Origin: Sarea resinae
Lineage: Eukaryota
Reading direction: 5' to 3'
NCBI GenBank assembly: GCA_026026165.1
Contig: JAPEUD010000092.1
Location: 62,001 to 89,207 of the forward strand
DNA length: 27,207 bases
Part shown: piece after piece, positions 24,424-27,207 of the stretch
How the letters are laid out: the number at the start of each line of letters is the position of its first letter
Position numbering within the stretch: the stretch's first letter is position 1
The notes under the pieces: model-generated
The model's database searches: none
Told to the model about the DNA's origin: nothing
What the model saw: only the letters and a program-made list of their open reading frames with translations
Position numbers and translations under genes: made by a program

Positions 24424-27199
24424 ATAGCAGCTGCAGCAGCTGCTGCTACTACAACTATTACAGTAAACTAGCTAGTCTATAAACTAGATTATTAGGTGCT
24501 ACTATACTAGCAACATAGTTATGCAATTTAGAACCTTAACTAGTATCTTAAGCATTATTATAGTATGTTAGCAAAGCAGCAGCAGCTAATTGTAGCTAGC
24601 CTGTGTGATTATATCCTTGTTTAACTATAAGACATCTAATTACTACTAGTTAATAGCTAGCTGTTTCTAGCATTAGGAACGCTACTAGACGCCTTTTAAT
24701 GCAATAATTTTAACTAATATCGCTATATTAGCGTTAGTTAACTAGTAATACAAAAGCATTGCAATAAGCAGCACTACTAGCAGGCTAGCCAGCTGAAAAA
24801 AGCGACACATTAGCACTTAGTAAGGGTGTAGACCTTCTTTAACAGCTGTAGACTACAGCGATATTTCCTTATGCAGCTGCTACTAGCAGATTAAAGAGAG
24901 TATGCTTTCTCTTTCTCTTTCTCTTTCTCTTTCTCTTTCTTTTTCTCTTTCTCTTTCTCTTCTTCTTCTTCTTCTTTTAACTCTAAGCTAGGCTGCTTAA
25001 CTAGGTTGCCTACATAGTTAAGTTATAAAGACACTAATATAGTAAGCTAGATCTAGCGTGAATTTAATGCTTAGCAGGCTATATATAAGCAAAGTTAGGC
25101 CCTAATTAAGAGCAAAGTATAGAAGACTAATTAGACTAGCTAGTTTAGTTGCACAAGCTAGCTAACCTACCTGCGCTGTCAGAATATAGCCTACCTTCTC
25201 TACACTAGCAAGCTCTTACTAAACTAGCGACTTAGCTAGCAGCAGCAGCAAGAGTAGCAGCAACAACAAAGGCAAGATTTTAACTATATCTTAAGCTAAG
25301 TAGCTAAGGTTACTCGCCTAATAATTAAGCGCTATATAGCTAGGCTAGCAACCTTGCTGCATAAGCTCTACTGCTAGCTATATAGTAAGAAGCGCACTAA
25401 GGTGTATCTAAAGCTATTAGGTTAGCTGTAGAGCGCTAAGGCCTAGGTGCGCTATACTAACTATTAGGCGTGTCTAATCTGCTACTACCTGCATATCTTT
25501 ACCTACTGCACCTTTGCTACAGCTAATAATAACAATACAGCTAACACATAGCTAAAAGATACTAACAAATCGCTGTATCTAATAGCAAAGCAGAATAAGC
25601 GCCTGCAAGCTATCTAAGAGTCGCTTAAGCTAGATAGTAATAAGTCCTTATAGGTTGACTAAGTCCTTACCTTCTTATAAGCGCTAATCTTTCACCTACT
25701 GCTGCTAGTAGACTCTTTTAACAGCGCGCTAATCTACTTCCTTATTATGCTTAGTATTAACTCTCTTACTAATTAGCTGTATATAGCGACGCACTACTTC
25801 TACTAGCTAGCTAGAGTAGTCTACTATATGCAGGTGATTAGGGCTAAGGCGCTCCTGCTAGTAGCAGCGCAGTAGCAGCAAAGCCTAGCTAAGTAGAAGC
25901 GCTTCCTAGCCTAGCGTAAGAGATTCCTTACTAACAGCTTGCTAAGCCTAATAAGCATAATAATTAGCCTGCTTATATACACTAAGTATATTAGCATATA
26001 ACAGCTAAGCATAGCTATAACAAGCTAGGCTAACAATGCTTAGTTGTTATGCTTCTACAGCAAGCTAATTATAATCGCCTACTTCTAGCAGATAGCGCAC
26101 TAGGCGATTAAGGCTGCTAAGGCTATTCTCTAGCCTAAGCTAATATAGTGCCGCTAACTAGGCGACTGCTTCACTGTCGACCTAGCTAGCATTAAGGATA
26201 ACATAGCCTTTATATAGCGGAATTAGTCCTTCCTTAGCAACCTAGCTAACTAGCTTAATTAGAGGCTCTTCTCTATAGTAGCGCAGGTCGCCTGCACTGC
26301 CTAATACTTCTAGACAGTCTAGAAGAAAGAAAAGAAGAAAGAAGATAAGAAACTACTCTAATAGTGCAACAACACTAGCTAGGAACTAGGCCTAGTTAAG
26401 GACTACTACTAGCATATGTAGGCCTTTCTTAAGCTGCTTCTCCTTAGCTGCTATATAACTAGAGGCTAGCCTAGCTACAGTATAGAGGAGTTATTAGTAC
26501 GCTATTATAACAGCCTGCTATAGGATTACAATGTCTATATAGTAGATAGATTAGTTATGCTAGTAACCTACTACTATAAGAGCTAGGCCTAGTATAACAC
26601 TCTAAAGGTAGTGCTGCGCTTCTTACTCTAGCGAGTTAGCTAGCTTATAGTTGTCTACCTAGCCTATATATAGCCCTTCTACAGCTACTTGCAGACTACA
26701 GTTAGCTTAGAGAGTAGGCTTAACAATAAATTTATCTAGAGCATAGCTAAAGAGCAGCTGTAGCTAATAAAGCAGCTAACCTAGGTTATTAGCTAAGAGA
26801 TATCTACACAGTTAAAATGTTAGCTGACTATATAGGACTACTAACATATAGCAATCACTATTAGCTAGAAATTTATAGGCAAGGAATTTGCTGCTAGTAA
26901 GAGGCAGGCCCTATATAGTAGGGACTAGGCTAAGGATATAGAGGAGCTGTAGCTTAAGTGTAAGGATAAGCTTAAGCTCTAGACTAGGCACACTACTACT
27001 ACTAGGTAAATTTAATATAGCGTTTCTAGCGATATTATGCAGAATCTTAGCGTGCACTTGCTTAACATGTTTAGCTAAGTGAGTTAGGCGTGGCATGTAT
27101 TCCTACAGCTTAATAGTAGTAGCAGCCTAGCTGCTGCAAGCTAGCAGAGCTAGTTAGAAGGGCTAGAGCAAAAGGGAAAGCTAAAGCTAAAGCTAAAGC
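24424..27199 (+). pseudogene. RIP-inactivated telomere-linked helicase (TLH)-family gene, N-terminal ~925 codons (DUF3505/Zn-like plus tyrosine-recombinase-like region); helicase part absent
   Basis: Frame +1 wherever I read it, with many TAG/TAA stops. ATA at 24424 is a likely ex-ATG. Allowing C>T/G>A reversion it reads EPDYQVLLCxQHGYAIQNLDQHLK, KHCNKQH, WHSVRVQTFF, KTDxTGWF, SALIHFLxMLGID, FLTDGSxSPMSxMISLL, ILWPELMW, FLELLLLSCHITGGQPGRGTE, NGLLQDRNVY, TRYHKSQ, PKVVPRFLPWRVGQL, DYRHxAI, AWHVFLQL. I recognise these as motifs of fungal telomere-associated RecQ-like proteins. Confidence 0.8.
24905..24977. repeat. (CTTTCT)n/(TCT)n microsatellite inside the fossil reading frame
   Basis: Visible hexamer then trimer run; preserves frame +1 (linker after the Zn-like region). 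Confidence 0.9.
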
Positions 27200-27207
27200 T
27201 TAGGGTT
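27200..27207 (+). repeat. Probable start of telomere array (TTAGGG)n
   Basis: Window ends ...AAAGC-TTAGGGTT in the G-strand orientation expected at a right end, directly after subtelomere-type sequence. Only 1.3 units are visible. Confidence 0.55.

Larger units (their letters stand above)
22085..27199 (+). mobile_element. RIP-mutated subtelomeric TLH-containing repeat block
   Basis: Abrupt switch to AT-rich, TpA-saturated sequence with almost no ORFs in the track; contains internal repeats and a fossil TLH-family gene; abuts TTAGGG. RIP implies it is or was multicopy. Mobility is inferred. Confidence 0.7.

Noticed and set aside
26911..27096. 61-aa minus-strand ORF in the track
   Set aside because: Antisense to the fossil TLH frame within RIP-mutated DNA; chance ORF.
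22300..27199. LTR retrotransposon, LINE or Starship captain as the identity of the RIP block
   Set aside because: No RT/RNaseH/integrase motifs recovered; the restorable frame matches TLH-family N-terminal motifs instead.

Overview
Fungal (filamentous ascomycete-type, intron-containing) DNA that appears to run to a chromosome end: the last 8 nt are TTAGGGTT. The left ~10 kb holds intact genes: an MFS monocarboxylate-type transporter, a secreted type-B carboxylesterase, a UbiD/Fdc1-family decarboxylase with a mitochondrial-presequence-like extension, and two small hypothetical genes. The middle (11-22 kb) is accessory-like: a dual-specificity phosphatase, an intronless SAM methyltransferase bracketed by two ~330-bp RIP-eroded direct repeats, a pepsin-family protease with a repetitive, frameshifted tail, and a Kex2-processed killer-preprotoxin-like gene converging on a small 2-TM gene. 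From ~22.1 kb to the end the DNA is AT-rich and mutated by RIP. Mentally reversing the C>T/G>A changes reveals one ~925-codon + strand frame (24424-27199) of the telomere-linked-helicase (TLH) family. It has an N-terminal DUF3505/Zn-like region and, unexpectedly, a full tyrosine-recombinase-like catalytic pattern (R...K...xxxRH...GH-x8-Y), and is cut off by the telomere before any RecQ domain. A symmetric ~100-bp motif marks the inner border of this block and recurs as the two repeats around the methyltransferase. This suggests a recombinase-plus-sites system acting on subtelomeric cargo. That is an inference and needs profile/structure searches. All family assignments are by motif recognition; no searches were run.
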